Source: Paragordius varius (Eukaryota; Animalia; Nematomorpha). From it: a DNA stretch of 64,000 nucleotides. The notes below the pieces were generated by a model. That model did not search any database and was not told where the DNA came from. It was given only the letters and a program-made list of their open reading frames with translations. A program made the translations under genes and the position numbers. This document shows positions 25,306-37,410 of this stretch, one piece after another. The stretch lies in assembly GCA_964247055.1 (NCBI GenBank), contig OZ176057.1:6289327-6353326 (forward strand), written 5' to 3'. Positions within the stretch are counted from its first letter, which is position 1, and the number at the start of each line of letters is the position of its first letter.

Positions 25306-27419
25306 TATTTAATAATGTGTGGTTTAATGTTATTAATTCATTGATAAAACGACTGACAAGTTTATTTTTTTGATTTTTAGTCAAAAAAATTTGCATATGA
25401 AATATTTTGACAGCACGCTACATAATTCCATTAATCAGTTCAATTTTATATATGATACTAATCTAATTAAAATTAAGTGAGTAATTCTAAAACCAGTATT
25501 TACGAACTGTTATAGACGATTGTTGGATAATGTTTTACATTTTGCAAATAATGTTTTAATTATTTTAAAATGATTGATGTGTTGTAATTGTTTTGTAGTT
25601 CAAACGTCATTATTTTTGCATTGTACTTGTCTGGTTTTATTTTGCTTTATCTGTGATAGCTAATTGATATAGCTAATTTTATTGCAAAATGCAAAAATTT
25701 ATATCGCATTGGCTAATGAATTTTAAGTAAACAAAAATTTTTAAGCCCATAAATTATTCAAATTTTAATATTTTCAGGGGTTACTTGACTTTGTTTTGGT
25801 TTATTGCTTGAATGCAAATAACTTTGGCGTTATAAATACTGTTTTTAGCTCTCAGTTAATTCGATTAGGGGTAATTATTTAAAAAATATCTCTATAGAAT
25901 CCAAAAATACCCCTTTGGATAATTCCTTGTGAATATATTTTTGTCCGTTAACTCCTGTCCAATTTTTCACTCATGTATTTTGTACAATTTAGCATAGGCT
26001 CGTGATTTTCTCCCAAAAATCGCATAAGGTTATCATACAGCAAATATAACATTTCAATATATTTAAACGATGTAACTCTTGTGTGAATATAAAAATGCAA
26101 CAATCGAACAAATTATTTAGAACGCTATACCTATTAATATATTTATATGTGTTGCCTTTATTTTACTTTATAAAAATATGAAAATCGAACAAAGTTATTT
26201 AAAACGCTAAATGTACATACCAATCTATTGACATGCATTTTTTGAGTTATATTTTTAGATTTATATAAACGGGTGTTTGCCATAGACATCATTTTATTAA
26301 ACCAAAGTTGAGATAAATAAAATTCGATTTTATCCGATTATTTTTAAAGTAATTTTTATGTAATCCGCACAAAAATGTTAAACCAATTTTTTATACTTAT
26401 GGCCAGGAAGTTGTGGCTTTCTTTTTCAATATATTTGCAAAGTAAATAGCTATATAATTAGTATTTAGGTGATTTAATTAGATAGTAGGATAAATATTTC
26501 TTGACATCATTTCCTTTGATGATATTTGCATATTCTGAAAGGAAATGTATCAGGATAATCACAGTTTAATCCTTTACTAGTATAAAAAAGTTGTACACAC
26601 ATTTGTCGTAATCCATAGAAAATTTTCGCACATTTTGTTAAATAAATTTTTTTGCTTAAAGTTAAATCTATTTTAAAAAAGAGTCTTAGACCAAGGTTTT
26701 GTCGTGTGTTTAAAAAAAGATTTCTCTTTTTTTTAAATTTTTGCCGAAATTAAAAATTTTTACTAACATTTTGTAATTATATAAGATTTACAATAAATTT
26801 ACAGTAAATTTAAATTCTATCGAAAACTTAAAAGTATAAAGACGAAATTTTTCCAAAACACAACCATACTTTTCAAACCTTAATTTATTCTAACATTATA
26901 CAATCAATCGTAAAATATATAATTGATTATTTTACCAATTCATTTATCTATTTCATATTTTGCAAACAAACAATCAGATATAAAGATAAAAATTTATAAA
27001 GTATGGTATATTTAAAAAAAATATTATCTTTATATTTTTTCGTTTTGTCCATGTAATTTCAATTCTGTATCTATAAGTTTGATTGAAAAACATTTGTGGA
27101 TATGATGATTTGTTACATAAAATGTTGGTATTTATCAACGGTTATATCGCTTACGGGTCATAAAAGAATTTAAATTCGTAAATGCGCATTTTACATTTAA
27201 TAACCTTAACTTGATTTAGTATAAAATATAAAGACATGTTTGTAATTATTTTTTTGCATATATATATCGTACATTATTGGCTGGGGAGATAAAAATGTTT
27301 AGGCTATTTAGGGATTGGCATTTAATAATGCCGTATAAATTTTTAGGATCGAGAGCTTATAATGAAAAATAATAAAGTTAACTAATTAACCCCATAATCA
27401 TAACCTTATTCCGTTTCTA

Positions 27420-28775
27420 GAAATATTAAATTATAATTAACATGTCTTTATCAAAAGCTTTTGGCACAAAAGTTTACTGTAATAATAAGGGCCCATTATG
27501 TATGATGACAAGTTTGTTGTTATTAAGATTCAATATATGAAATTGACACGTGGCAAAAACTTCAACATTCAAATAGGTTAAAGCATAGAAACTCAAATCC
27601 AACATTGTTATGTGGCGGCAAGGTGTAAAAGCAAATCGTTGAATTGAACTCACATTAGAGGCAGTAGAGTTTATAGGAAATATTCCGGAACTAATTTTAC
27701 CTAAAAACAATAAATTAATTTAAATTTAGATTAGTTTATTTTTTTAGTATATTACAACACAGTTTGGAAGATTAATGCCCTACATACGCTTGCGAAGAAA
27801 GACACTAATATGCAATATGCTCACAAGATTTTAATTTGACATAATTAATTCTGAATAAGTCGCGTAATTGGCTACTAACAAGATAAAATTGTTATGTGTT
27901 TGCACTTAAAAATGTAAAAAATGCGCGGTATTTGAATGCGGCCAGTTTTGATTCGGCCCGTGAAGCCATTGTTTGACACCCCTGGTTTAGAGTCCATTTT
28001 TTCTATTTTCAAAGGATATGGATTTGTCTTAAAAAACACTCGCTTACTCAGGATTGACCACGATAAAATGCTGATGACGGACATCCTTTATTGTGTCTGA
28101 AACCGTTTTCGACTTTTTATTTATTATTATTTTTGACACGGTTTTAAATAAATTGTCATATATTAAAAATTCTAAATGGATCATCTTGAATGCTCGTAAT
28201 GTGACATATCATTGAGAATACTAATATATTCTATTTAAAACCGTATAGTTTGTTCCGATCTCATATCTATATGATGACAATTATCAAATTTAACTTTTGT
28301 TAACAATTTACGTTTCTACTCCCCTATTCCGTAACTAAAAACGATTTTTGTTTAAAATTGAAGTTAAACAGTTTTTTTTCAAAAAAGTAACAGCCTTTTA
28401 CATCTTTTTATGTTTTCTCTTAATAAGACTAAATTAATACCAATATCACTGTTTCCAGTATACAGTGTATCTATCACGGCGTAACTGTTTAGCACTTTAG
28501 TAAATCGAAATAAGTTGAGGAGCGTAGTTGGAAAATCAAAAGCACCCAAAAAGCCCTTTACAATTTTACAACGCACCATTTTCTTAATGACATATGATTC
28601 GTAATGTTGCAAACAAACGCAATTAGGGACTCCAAAAATGGGTACAGTTTGATTACTATCTCCATATTCTTAGTTCGTTTTGAGATTAAGCTACTGTAGA
28701 CTTCCAATCCCACATTTGATGCATGAAAATAATGGTAAGGATTATCGATACAAATGTAAGTGGTAGGGAAAGCAT
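27420..28775 (-). pseudogene. Secreted leucine-rich-repeat protein, probably disrupted
   Basis: Signal-peptide exon MLSLPLTFVSIILTIIFMHQ (ATG 28775), a 20-nt GT-AG at 28694-28713, and a Cys-rich LRRNT-like cap (PNCVC..VRC..DFPTTLLNL) reached only through a frameshift. LRR exon 27474-27710 (SSIQRFAFTPCRHITMLDLSF.ALTYL..F..C..LNLNNNKL). Confidence 0.6.
27930..27984 (-). mobile_element. hAT/Charlie-like terminal remnant inside the LRR locus
   Basis: The minus strand reads CAGGGGTGTCAAACAATGGCTTCACGGGCCGAATC, a typical hAT-Charlie terminus. The ORF 27875-28084 overlaps it and is probably spurious. Confidence 0.55.
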
Positions 28776-28937
28776 TGCAAATTTAAAAATGTTGATAAAT
28801 TAAATTTTGTGAGGTTTTTGCATCTCTACACAACAATCATATTTTTTAGGTTATGATTGGAGACTGTAATTTAAAAAAAACTTAAACACAACTAAATTTA
28901 CTTTGTCCATGTTACCCCAAAATATTTCCCAAACTTA

Positions 28938-29222
28938 CAGTAAAAACTGAAATTATACGGACAAAATGTAAAATTTTAAAGACAAATATTTTAAAAGACA
29001 TGCCTATTTTTTAAATTTTGAATTTCGAAATAACTTATTGTTTTTAATTGCAAAATACGAAATAGATATATTATTACTAACACAATCAATTTCATATTTT
29101 ATAATTGTAACTAAGTAGCTGATATGAGATAAATAAAGGTTCTAGAAAGTATGGTTGACTTTTAGACAAAAATATTTGTGTTTATATTTTACTTTTTGTC
29201 TGTATAATTTCATATTTTACTA
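28938..29222. mobile_element. MITE (CAGT family)
   Basis: TACAGTAAAAACTGAAATTATACGGACAAAATG ... TTTTGTCTGTATAATTTCATATTTTACT. Confidence 0.75.
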
Positions 29223-29708
29223 CCAGCTAAATTATATTATTATCTGGGTTTGGTATTGAACAAATCGTAAAAATAGATAAACAACATTTAATTCCTTAAT
29301 CAATATTTATATGTACAGTAAAAACTTTAAGCAAATACAACTTTATAAGTCAATCTTTTCGAAGTATGTGTGTGACAGTTATTTGTAATAAATTTATTAG
29401 CAATATCATCTTTTAGAAGATTTTTTCATTATATTTGGCTTTTTAACATTTTTAAAAGAGTTAAGGAAACAGTGTTAGGTCAAAACCGTTAAATATCTAC
29501 TTTGTTTATATATATTTCATATATTTAGTTACAGTTTAGATTTAGCCAAAGGCCTCAATTACTAGTAGCTGCTACAAAAGTTTATTGCATTAATACCATT
29601 AACCAAAAAATTAACCATTTAGCTTATGTGAAAAAATTGTCTTAACTATATAATTAACTAAACCAATCTCTAACTGATATTTATACAAAAAACCATCATT
29701 TCGATTCC

Positions 29709-30768
29709 ATGCTTAGACCACAACATACATGTATCATCTTCCATCACATCAAGAAGTTGTTTTTGAAAACTGGCTTGGTTAAATTTCTAAAAATGTGGAT
29801 AATGTTAACCATAACGGCTAATTTAAACCATTTTTCAGTCAAGGCTTTTCCTGAGGGTGCGCCCACATCTGTTTGCGATTCGATGGAACCAAATCCAAGA
29901 TTTCACGGACATTCTTTAGTCGAAGGTACTCGAAGGCAACCTTTTCGTATTCTCGTTTCGGCTCGACAAGTTAAAGCTGGGAAAGTCGTGGCTGGTAAGT
30001 CAATATTTATAATAAAGTTTGGTTATTTCCATGTATATTTTTGATTTTACAGTAAATGTTGAAATTACCTCTCGGACAAAACGTAAAAACAATAGACAAA
30101 TATTGTTTTTCAAATGTCACTGCACTTTTAACTTATTTGATTTAAATAATACTCATTGTTTTGCGTTATGTAGGAGGGAAAAGAGGTGTAAATTGTTAAC
30201 ACAATCAATCATATATTTTATGGTTGTAAATTAATAATTTACATGGGATAGGTTTAAAAAAATATTTTATGTTTTTTCCCAAGTCTACAAACTTTCAATT
30301 TACTACAAATGTGTTCGTATACGATTTAACTGTTAAAAGTTATAATGTAGGAAGAAGTGTCTGAAATAATACGATAGGATTATACCGACCATGAAGGAAA
30401 TTATATGACAGTACTTTGAATTGTTTTTGTCAAATTTTCGAATGTTATTATTGTAATACACATTTCAAAACTTATTATATTGCTTCAAGTTATAAAAACA
30501 ATTTTGTTAAATGCATTTTTATCCTTTAGTAAAGATTGTTGGACCAGTAGGGTATAAAGGTATCCTCCTACAAGCCCGCAATAACCAAACTGGAAAAATT
30601 ATGGGTCGTTTTATTAGGGCAAAACCTGGAATTCAAATTATCAGCTGTTTTCCAGGAACCGAAAATGCCGTAACTCATGATGGATCCCGGTCAGATTTAT
30701 CCAAAACTGTTTATTTTTGGCAAGCACCTCAAAGATTTATACGTAGTACCACAATCGCATTCGTGTAA
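29709..30768 (+). CDS. Secreted Reeler-domain protein (defense protein / FRRS1-like N-terminal domain); 3-prime end unresolved
   Basis: Signal peptide plus AFPEGAPTSVCDSMEP..HG..PFRI | VKIVG..YKGILLQAR..MGRF..IISC..NAVTH..WQAP. Intron 29995-30529 (GT-AG, phase 1) joins ORFs 29709 and 30511 in frame. Confidence 0.8.
30050..30304. mobile_element. MITE (CAGT family) inside the Reeler gene intron
   Basis: TACAGTAAATGTTGAAATTAC..CGGACAAAACGTAAAAACAATAGACAAATA ... TTTCAATTTACT. Confidence 0.65.
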
Positions 30769-31184
30769 CCTTTTCTGTTTGCTATTTTTTTAGTTTAAAG
30801 TCCATATGAAGTGTTGTAATTATAGTAATAATTTGTGCATAGTAAGTGTAAAAGCAGAAAAACAATTTTATTTAAAAGACCGTTATTTCATTTAGAATGT
30901 ACTCTTTAGAATTTATAGGGACAAAGCGTAAAAACATAGACAAATATTTTTTCACATTTACAATCTAAATATAACTTATGGTTTCTGATTGCGAATAACT
31001 GAAACGTGATTTGGCAAAATAATCAATTTATGTTTCCGAATTTTAATTATATAGCTTAAGTTTAAAAATATCATGGATTAAAAAAAGTATGGTTGTATTG
31101 AAATTTTAGCCTGTATGTTTTTACAATACATGTATAATTTTAATTTTTACTGTATATTAACGTAGAATTATACCATTTTTCATG

Positions 31185-31345
31185 CAAAAACATCATTTTT
31201 TTAACCTGCAACATTTTTTCAACCAAACGCAACATTTTTAAGCAAAGACAATATTTTTAAGCAAACATTTTTAACAAACGCAACATTTTCAAGCAAACGC
31301 AACATTTTTCAACCAAAGACAACATTGTTTCAAGCAAAACGTCAT
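31185..31345. repeat. ~21-bp degenerate minisatellite
   Basis: About 7 imperfect units of AACATTTTT(T)(C/T)AA(C/G)CAAA(C/G)(G/A)C. Confidence 0.75.
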
Positions 31346-33078
31346 TTTTTAGACAAATTAAATCTCATTTTTTACATTTTTTTAGAGGAAATTCGAAACA
31401 AACAATAGCTGCTTGAGAGGATAATATAAGGATGGCTCCAGAAATTAAAACTACTATTGGAGTTACTGGAGGTCCTACTTCTTTACAACCAAAACCGCCA
31501 GGCGGGTTAGGTCTACAGTCCCTAACTATAAATTTGGGAAAAATAAATTTATATTACCGAAAACAACTACGATATTAAGTTGTTTTCAACTGTTAACTGA
31601 TTGTACTTTAAAAATTTAAATTAAAGTTTAAATACTTATATGATTTATAAAAAATACCTTTTTTATATTGATACAACAAGCAAAATCATAAATTTAAAGG
31701 CATTATCTTTATACACGGGTGATTGTCACTGCGTTTTTTAATCTTTTCCTATTATCTAATTAATATTATTTTTTTAAATTTATTTATTTAAATTAACAAT
31801 TATATGACAAATTGTTTTTTTTTGCATAATAAGAGTCATGTTAGAATTGACAACTATATTTTATAATGAAAGATCAAAAAATAAATTTTAAACAATGGGC
31901 ACCCAAGATTTTTATACAATTTTTTTAGGCATTTTCCTATTTCATAATCTCCAAACATATCACCAAATAATTTGAATCTCATTTTTTATAATTCCTTCTT
32001 AATCTTTTCATTCCACTTTAAATTCATAAAAATGCTTAATTTTTATTTTTCAAATCACAATATGTGTCTGTAGAGCGAAAGTGTGGTAATTACTAAATTT
32101 TGTATATTCATTTATTATATTTATATTTGAAATCATATACGTATTCCTATAATATTCTTTGGGCGCAATAAATTTTTAAAGGAATATATTTTTATCTTCA
32201 TATAATCTTTTGAAGTTTGAGTTTGTACTTGAAATTTATTTTTTGTTGATTTCTTTAAAGCAAATTTATTTTCAAGTTGTTATTTTATTCGAAATTAATA
32301 ACATCATATTTTCCAACAACAGTCACAATATAAAAATTGGCAGCTAAAAAGTTTGATTCGAGGATTTTGTACATTTTCATGTTTTTTAAGAAAAATTATC
32401 ATGCGCCTAAAAGTCTAAATAAAGCATATTTTCAAATTTGACCCAATGCTAGAAATAATTTTTAAGATATTTAAATATTAAATGGCCCTTGGGGAGGGGG
32501 ATAAAACGCTACCCCAAAAAACGAAGTGTTTACTAAATATACTTTTAATTTATGTATTTGACTATTTATTAATTTTTCGTTTTTATTGATAAATTAAAAT
32601 TTTACAAAATTTTTCAAAAACCATTGGCAACAATAAATTTTGTAGAAGTTAATTTTCCTCTATTCAAAATGATACCATGTTTTATTCCAAAAGGTGGTAA
32701 AAAATTTTATTTGATAATATATTAAAACATTTTTGGAGTTATGATGTACATTAGATCAAGGGTTGTCTAAAACATCATTCCAAAAATATATGGACATTAA
32801 TAATAATTATATTTATAGATCTAATACAAGGCTGTTGTAAAATTGCAACGTAATATAAACGATTTAATTTTGGCAGTTAATGGTTACTAATTGGAAAGAT
32901 TTAATTGAGATAATTGATCCGACAATTATGAATTTTTCTAATATTTCATCATTTTTTGGTTGGAATTTAATATTTATTGGGTAATTTTAACTTTTTCGGT
33001 AATTAACAATGCGACATATAGATTAATTTATTTGACAATGGATATTACTGCTATAAAATAATGAAAAATTAAAAAAAA

Positions 33079-35201
33079 CTATACGATTAAATTTTGTTGA
33101 TGTGCTACTTTTTCCAAAAAGGCCAAGATTTCCAATCTTTTTTTGGCGGGAGTGTTATTCCATTTTCATTGGGAATGTTGGGTTTTAAATTGAGAAATCC
33201 AATCCGAGTATGGTTTAAGCCTTGGTTCATTACAATATCCAAATGGAGTTTGTAATTTTTTTCTGGTTCAAATTTATGATTGTAGGTGTGTTCATTTTTT
33301 GATACCTATGATAGAAATACAGTTAAAATTGAAATTATACGGACAAAATAAAAACAATTCCTGAGACACGAACTGGCTCTATTGGGCTTGGAACCAACCC
33401 TGTTTTCATTCCATTTCGAAATCTTAGGATCAGCACGGTACCGAGTCCACCTCCAAAACTCCCATATGTTATTAAAAAATAAAATTGTTTTTTTTTAAAT
33501 AAAATATTTTTTGTGGTTTTTTATCAAAATGGAAGGACACCATCATAATTTAAAAATTTATTGTTTAAATATTTTTTTGAGAAAATAATCATATGGTAAC
33601 ATTTTTTCTCTTATCCGATTGAAATTTTTTGAATATCTTATCTTGAACATTTAATAGAGCCACAGAATAATTATTTATGCATATTAATTTAAATTTATAG
33701 AAGAATATATACCGTATTAATTTAAAATTAATACGGTAAAAACTTATATATTTAGCATTGTTTAAAAAAAGAAAATATGATAAATATATCCAGTTTGTCC
33801 CTTCTTATATTTTATTTTTAAATATCCACCTAAATGCTTTTATAATCCCTAAATTTTAACAAAACCAAGCATATCAATTATAGAACGCAAAAAATGAGTC
33901 ACACTTTATATCAGTGGTACTTAAACTGCGACCCACGAGCCGTATCCCCTCAAACTGATTTTCCCATGCCAAAATAAATTTTATCTTTCAATTCAATATA
34001 AACTGAAATGAAACCGGTTTTAAACTGTCCAGAACCGGTACCGAAACCGCTTAATTAAACCGGTGCCGGAATTTTAGGAAACACCCTTGCTTCCATTTTT
34101 ATTATGAGAATCCCGATAGTTTCAGGTATAACTATTTTCGATCTGGTACAAAGCCCGGATAAAAGCTAAAGACTTTCTAAATACACTAAAAGACAACCAT
34201 TATATTTTCTACATTAATTATAGAGTTCATTTCATAACTTTCCATTTTTTAACACAATTGAACCTTATACTGTCAAATTATATTGTATTATATTTTAGTT
34301 GATTCAATTTGGATTCATTAGAGAGAAAATTAGTACACTAATTTTGGCAATACGTTTGTGTTTTTGCCACCAACTATTTAATCAGTCAAATCATAGAATA
34401 TTTAGTAAAAAACATTTCTATAATGAAAAGTATGCGGTCAAACATAAAGATTAAAAGGCAAATATTTTTTACGAGAAGACCATCAATCATACTTTTAAAA
34501 TTTTAATATATTAAAATAAAAAGCATCGTTTTGTTTGCAAAACGAGAATCAGCAGAAATGTAAATTGGTATTGTACTCAATTATCTTGTCAAAAATTATA
34601 ATTTTATAATTCAAGATCAAAAAAGTATGGCTGTCTTTTGGGACGAAACATTTGTCTTTTAATTTTTACTGTTACATTATACACCATAAAACTAAAAAAT
34701 AAAGAGAATATCCATCAGAAGCGCACAATATAATCGGTTTAATTTTCGTTATTATAAATAAATATACTTTTTAACATAGCGAAAAACCGTTTAACTATTA
34801 ATATAATATACCTACCTCTTTATCCAAATATAACTTTCCAGTATATTCTTCGGTGATTATCAGCTTTTGATATAATATTTTAGCGGTGTCGACTCCTTTC
34901 AAATCCCAAGATATTTTGTAATCTCCGTTACCAATATGTTTAATGTCAAAGTCATCTCTATCCGGATTGCCTAAATTATTGTAATGTAATAATTTAAATT
35001 TTACAAAGAAAACATAAAAATTAAAGGACAATTATTTTTTTAAACTGAAAATATTTACATAAACTATATATTTATATAAAAAGATTTAATTCTTTATTTA
35101 AAAGATCTATAATTTTCAATCAAATCATAAAATAAACCTTTTGCAAAGGAAATGAAGATCAAAACACCATATATTATCATGAAAGCTTTAAAGTAATCCA
35201 T
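33079..35201 (-). CDS. Putative secreted FN3-like protein, copy 1 (internal exons unresolved)
   Basis: Signal exon 35138-35201 MDYFKAFMIIYGVLIFISFAK splices in phase to GNPDRDDFDIKHIGNGDYKISWDLKGVD..YTGKLYLDKE. The terminal exon reads VSKNEHTYNHKFEPEKNYKLHLDIVMNQGLNHTRIGFLNLKP. The FN3 call rests only on the W and FEPE.xY pattern. Confidence 0.5.
33912..33960 (+). mobile_element. hAT/Charlie-like terminal remnant (twin at ~51643)
   Basis: CAGTGGTACTTAAACTGCGACCCACGAGCCG resembles hAT ends (CAGTGGTTCxCAAAC.GCGGCCCGCGGGCCG). Confidence 0.5.
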
Positions 35202-35789
35202 AATTCAAAAGAAAGTCAGAATGGCAAAATGTATAAAAAACAATTTGAATAACAAAATTTAAATATGGGTAAAATGAATATATCAGAGTTTCTAGGATGT
35301 GCTGAGTCTGCAAAAACAATATTTTGCAAAAATATACGTAAACAAGGGCTCGATATCTTAAACAAACAAACAAAAATCTACACCTTAATGAGTTTAATTT
35401 AAAATATTTGTTATTTTAAAAAATGCTTTAATAGAATATAAATTTTGTACTTAAGTTTAGGGGGGGGGGGGGGGTGGGCAGCCCTCTAAATTATTGCAGT
35501 CCGCCTAGAAAAAAAAGTTACAGAATTTGAAAAATAGGGTCTTTTCAAAACGTTATGATTTTACTAATCTCAAATTTTGTCAGCAAGCTTGCCAAGATTG
35601 GTGAATATAGTAGTATAATAATGATGTTATAATATTTTTTACAGTCTTATTAAATTCTAATAAGAATATCAATAAAAATTTAAATTATACGGACAAAACA
35701 TAATAAAACAATTTTTTTACAAAAAAGATCTCTATACTTTTTTATATATCATCTAAATATCATCAAATTACAATCGTAAAATACAATAT

Positions 35790-36180
35790 TAATTTCCAAT
35801 GGATATCTCTAGAAACTTTTCAGTTTTAAACACTATTTTATACCCAAATCAATTAAAAGTATGCTTTGGAAATAAAATAATCAGCTGATTTTTACGTTTA
35901 GTCCCTATAATATCAATTTTAATGTAATTCCACATTTTAGAATGCGGGTCGCTGAATTCCATCAATCATAAATGCGCAAATTTATACATAATAATTGAAA
36001 AGAATAGCGGTATATTGCTTAAATAAAACTTTTTCACCTTTTTAGGGTATTATATCCCAGAGCGATTTAGAATTTGAAAGAACTATTTAAAATATTAGGT
36101 CGCATTTAAAAATATGTTTTCTTAGCCTTTTACGCGCATAATCCAAAAAAAACTTTAAAAATGTAAAAATCATCATCTGA
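35790..36180. repeat. Inverted duplicated block, partner at ~56950-57360
   Basis: GAATGCGGGTCGCTGAATTCCA (35941) vs GTGGAATTCAGCAACCCGCAA (57181); CAGTTTTAAACACTATTTTATACCCAA vs TTGGGTATAAAATAGTGTTTTAAACTG. Confidence 0.8.
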
Positions 36181-37382
36181 AACATTATTTAATTTTATTA
36201 ATAGAAACTACTTAAGATTACAGGATGCATTTTACCAGCAAATAGAAATTTAATCATTTTTTCAATCGTTTAATTAGAGCTGTCTAAATTTTAGGTAGAA
36301 GTCAAAAAACTATAAAAAATTAAAAGCTATCAAACACAGGAAAACAATCATAATTAAATTTAAGCAAAAATAACTTACTGTAGTATTTTCAAAATTGGGT
36401 TCTGCGAAGACTACAAAAAGTGGAGTGGTCTTTATGTATTATTAATATTCAATGAAACTATTTTTGCAAGATAAAATCTATGTAATTTTTGACGTTCACA
36501 ATTTTATTTTAGAGTGCATTTGAGATGTAAATTTTTAATCACTCTACAAAAATTTTTTTGACAAAATAATTTTTTTTCATGAGGTAACTCATGACCAGCA
36601 AATTTATTTGCCGTAAAAATTATTATGTGTTGACAACCTAGTTTTTGAAATAATTGAGAGATAATCAAAATCAAAAATGAAAATTAAGGATAAATAAGAA
36701 ATTCAATGATAAAATTTAAGATTTTAAGGTTTATATCATTTGAGTATATTTTCCATATATAAATAGCCTAAAATCATATAGTTAGGGTTTCTATAAAATT
36801 TCAGCTCAAGCGATGGCGCTTTTCTTTTAACACAACAAGACAAATTTTTTCTATAAAACTATATGAAAATATTTTTTTTAATTATTTACTAGCTAACCTC
36901 ACTATTAAAATCTTAACCTCCATATTTTAAGTGAAAAGATTGTATCCAAAAAATATAGTTTATTTTTACGTAGTTTTGTCATCTGTTTTATGAATAAAAA
37001 ATTTATACTGATTTATTTTGGAATCTTTCATGAGTGAATTATAAAGTATATAATTTATGCAAAATAGGATTTAAAAGTAGTGATATAAACCAACAATCCG
37101 TATTAATCCCTGTAACATGGGACATGTACGGATTTTTGGTTGGTTTTTTCACTACAAATTCTATTTTGTATTAATTTATATAATTTGTGATTCCCGATCA
37201 TAGATTCCAAAATGAAACAGTATATTTTTAAACACTCAAAAAACAGATAAAGAAAATATAAAAAACAATATTTGTAAGTTTTATTTTCATATATAAGTTT
37301 TTTACTGAACAAAATATGAATGTTAAGATTTTAGAGAGTTCTAGAAAACAATTAAAAAATTATAAATGGTTTCAGAAAAAAC

Positions 37383-37410
37383 TAGGGTTAGGGTAAGGGT
37401 TAGGGTTAGT
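37383..37410 (+). repeat. Short interstitial telomere-like repeat
   Basis: TAGGGTTAGGGTAAGGGTTAGGGTTAG, in the same orientation as the terminal array. Confidence 0.7.

Larger units (their letters stand above)
24020..26685. repeat. Direct segmental duplication, partner at ~39352-42122
   Basis: Shared start ATATATTTTTGGACGGTAAAAATTCTTCGCTATAATTAT and shared end TTAAAG(T/C)TAAATCTAT..AAAAAAGAGTC. Includes a kinase A/B pair. Confidence 0.85.
31381..35790. repeat. Direct segmental duplication (~4.4 kb), partner at ~49085-53545
   Basis: Collinear similarity from AGAGGAA(A/G)TTCGAAACAAACAAT through to AAATTACAATCGTAAAATACAAT. Confidence 0.9.

Noticed and set aside
35188-35373. ORFs 35188-35373 and 52954-53139
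   Set aside because: Hydrophobic AT-rich frames upstream of, and out of frame with, the real signal-peptide ATG (35201 and 52967).
35459-35476. Poly-G run as a functional G-quadruplex
   Set aside because: The duplicate at ~53229 has only about half the G run, so this is homopolymer slippage or sequencing noise.
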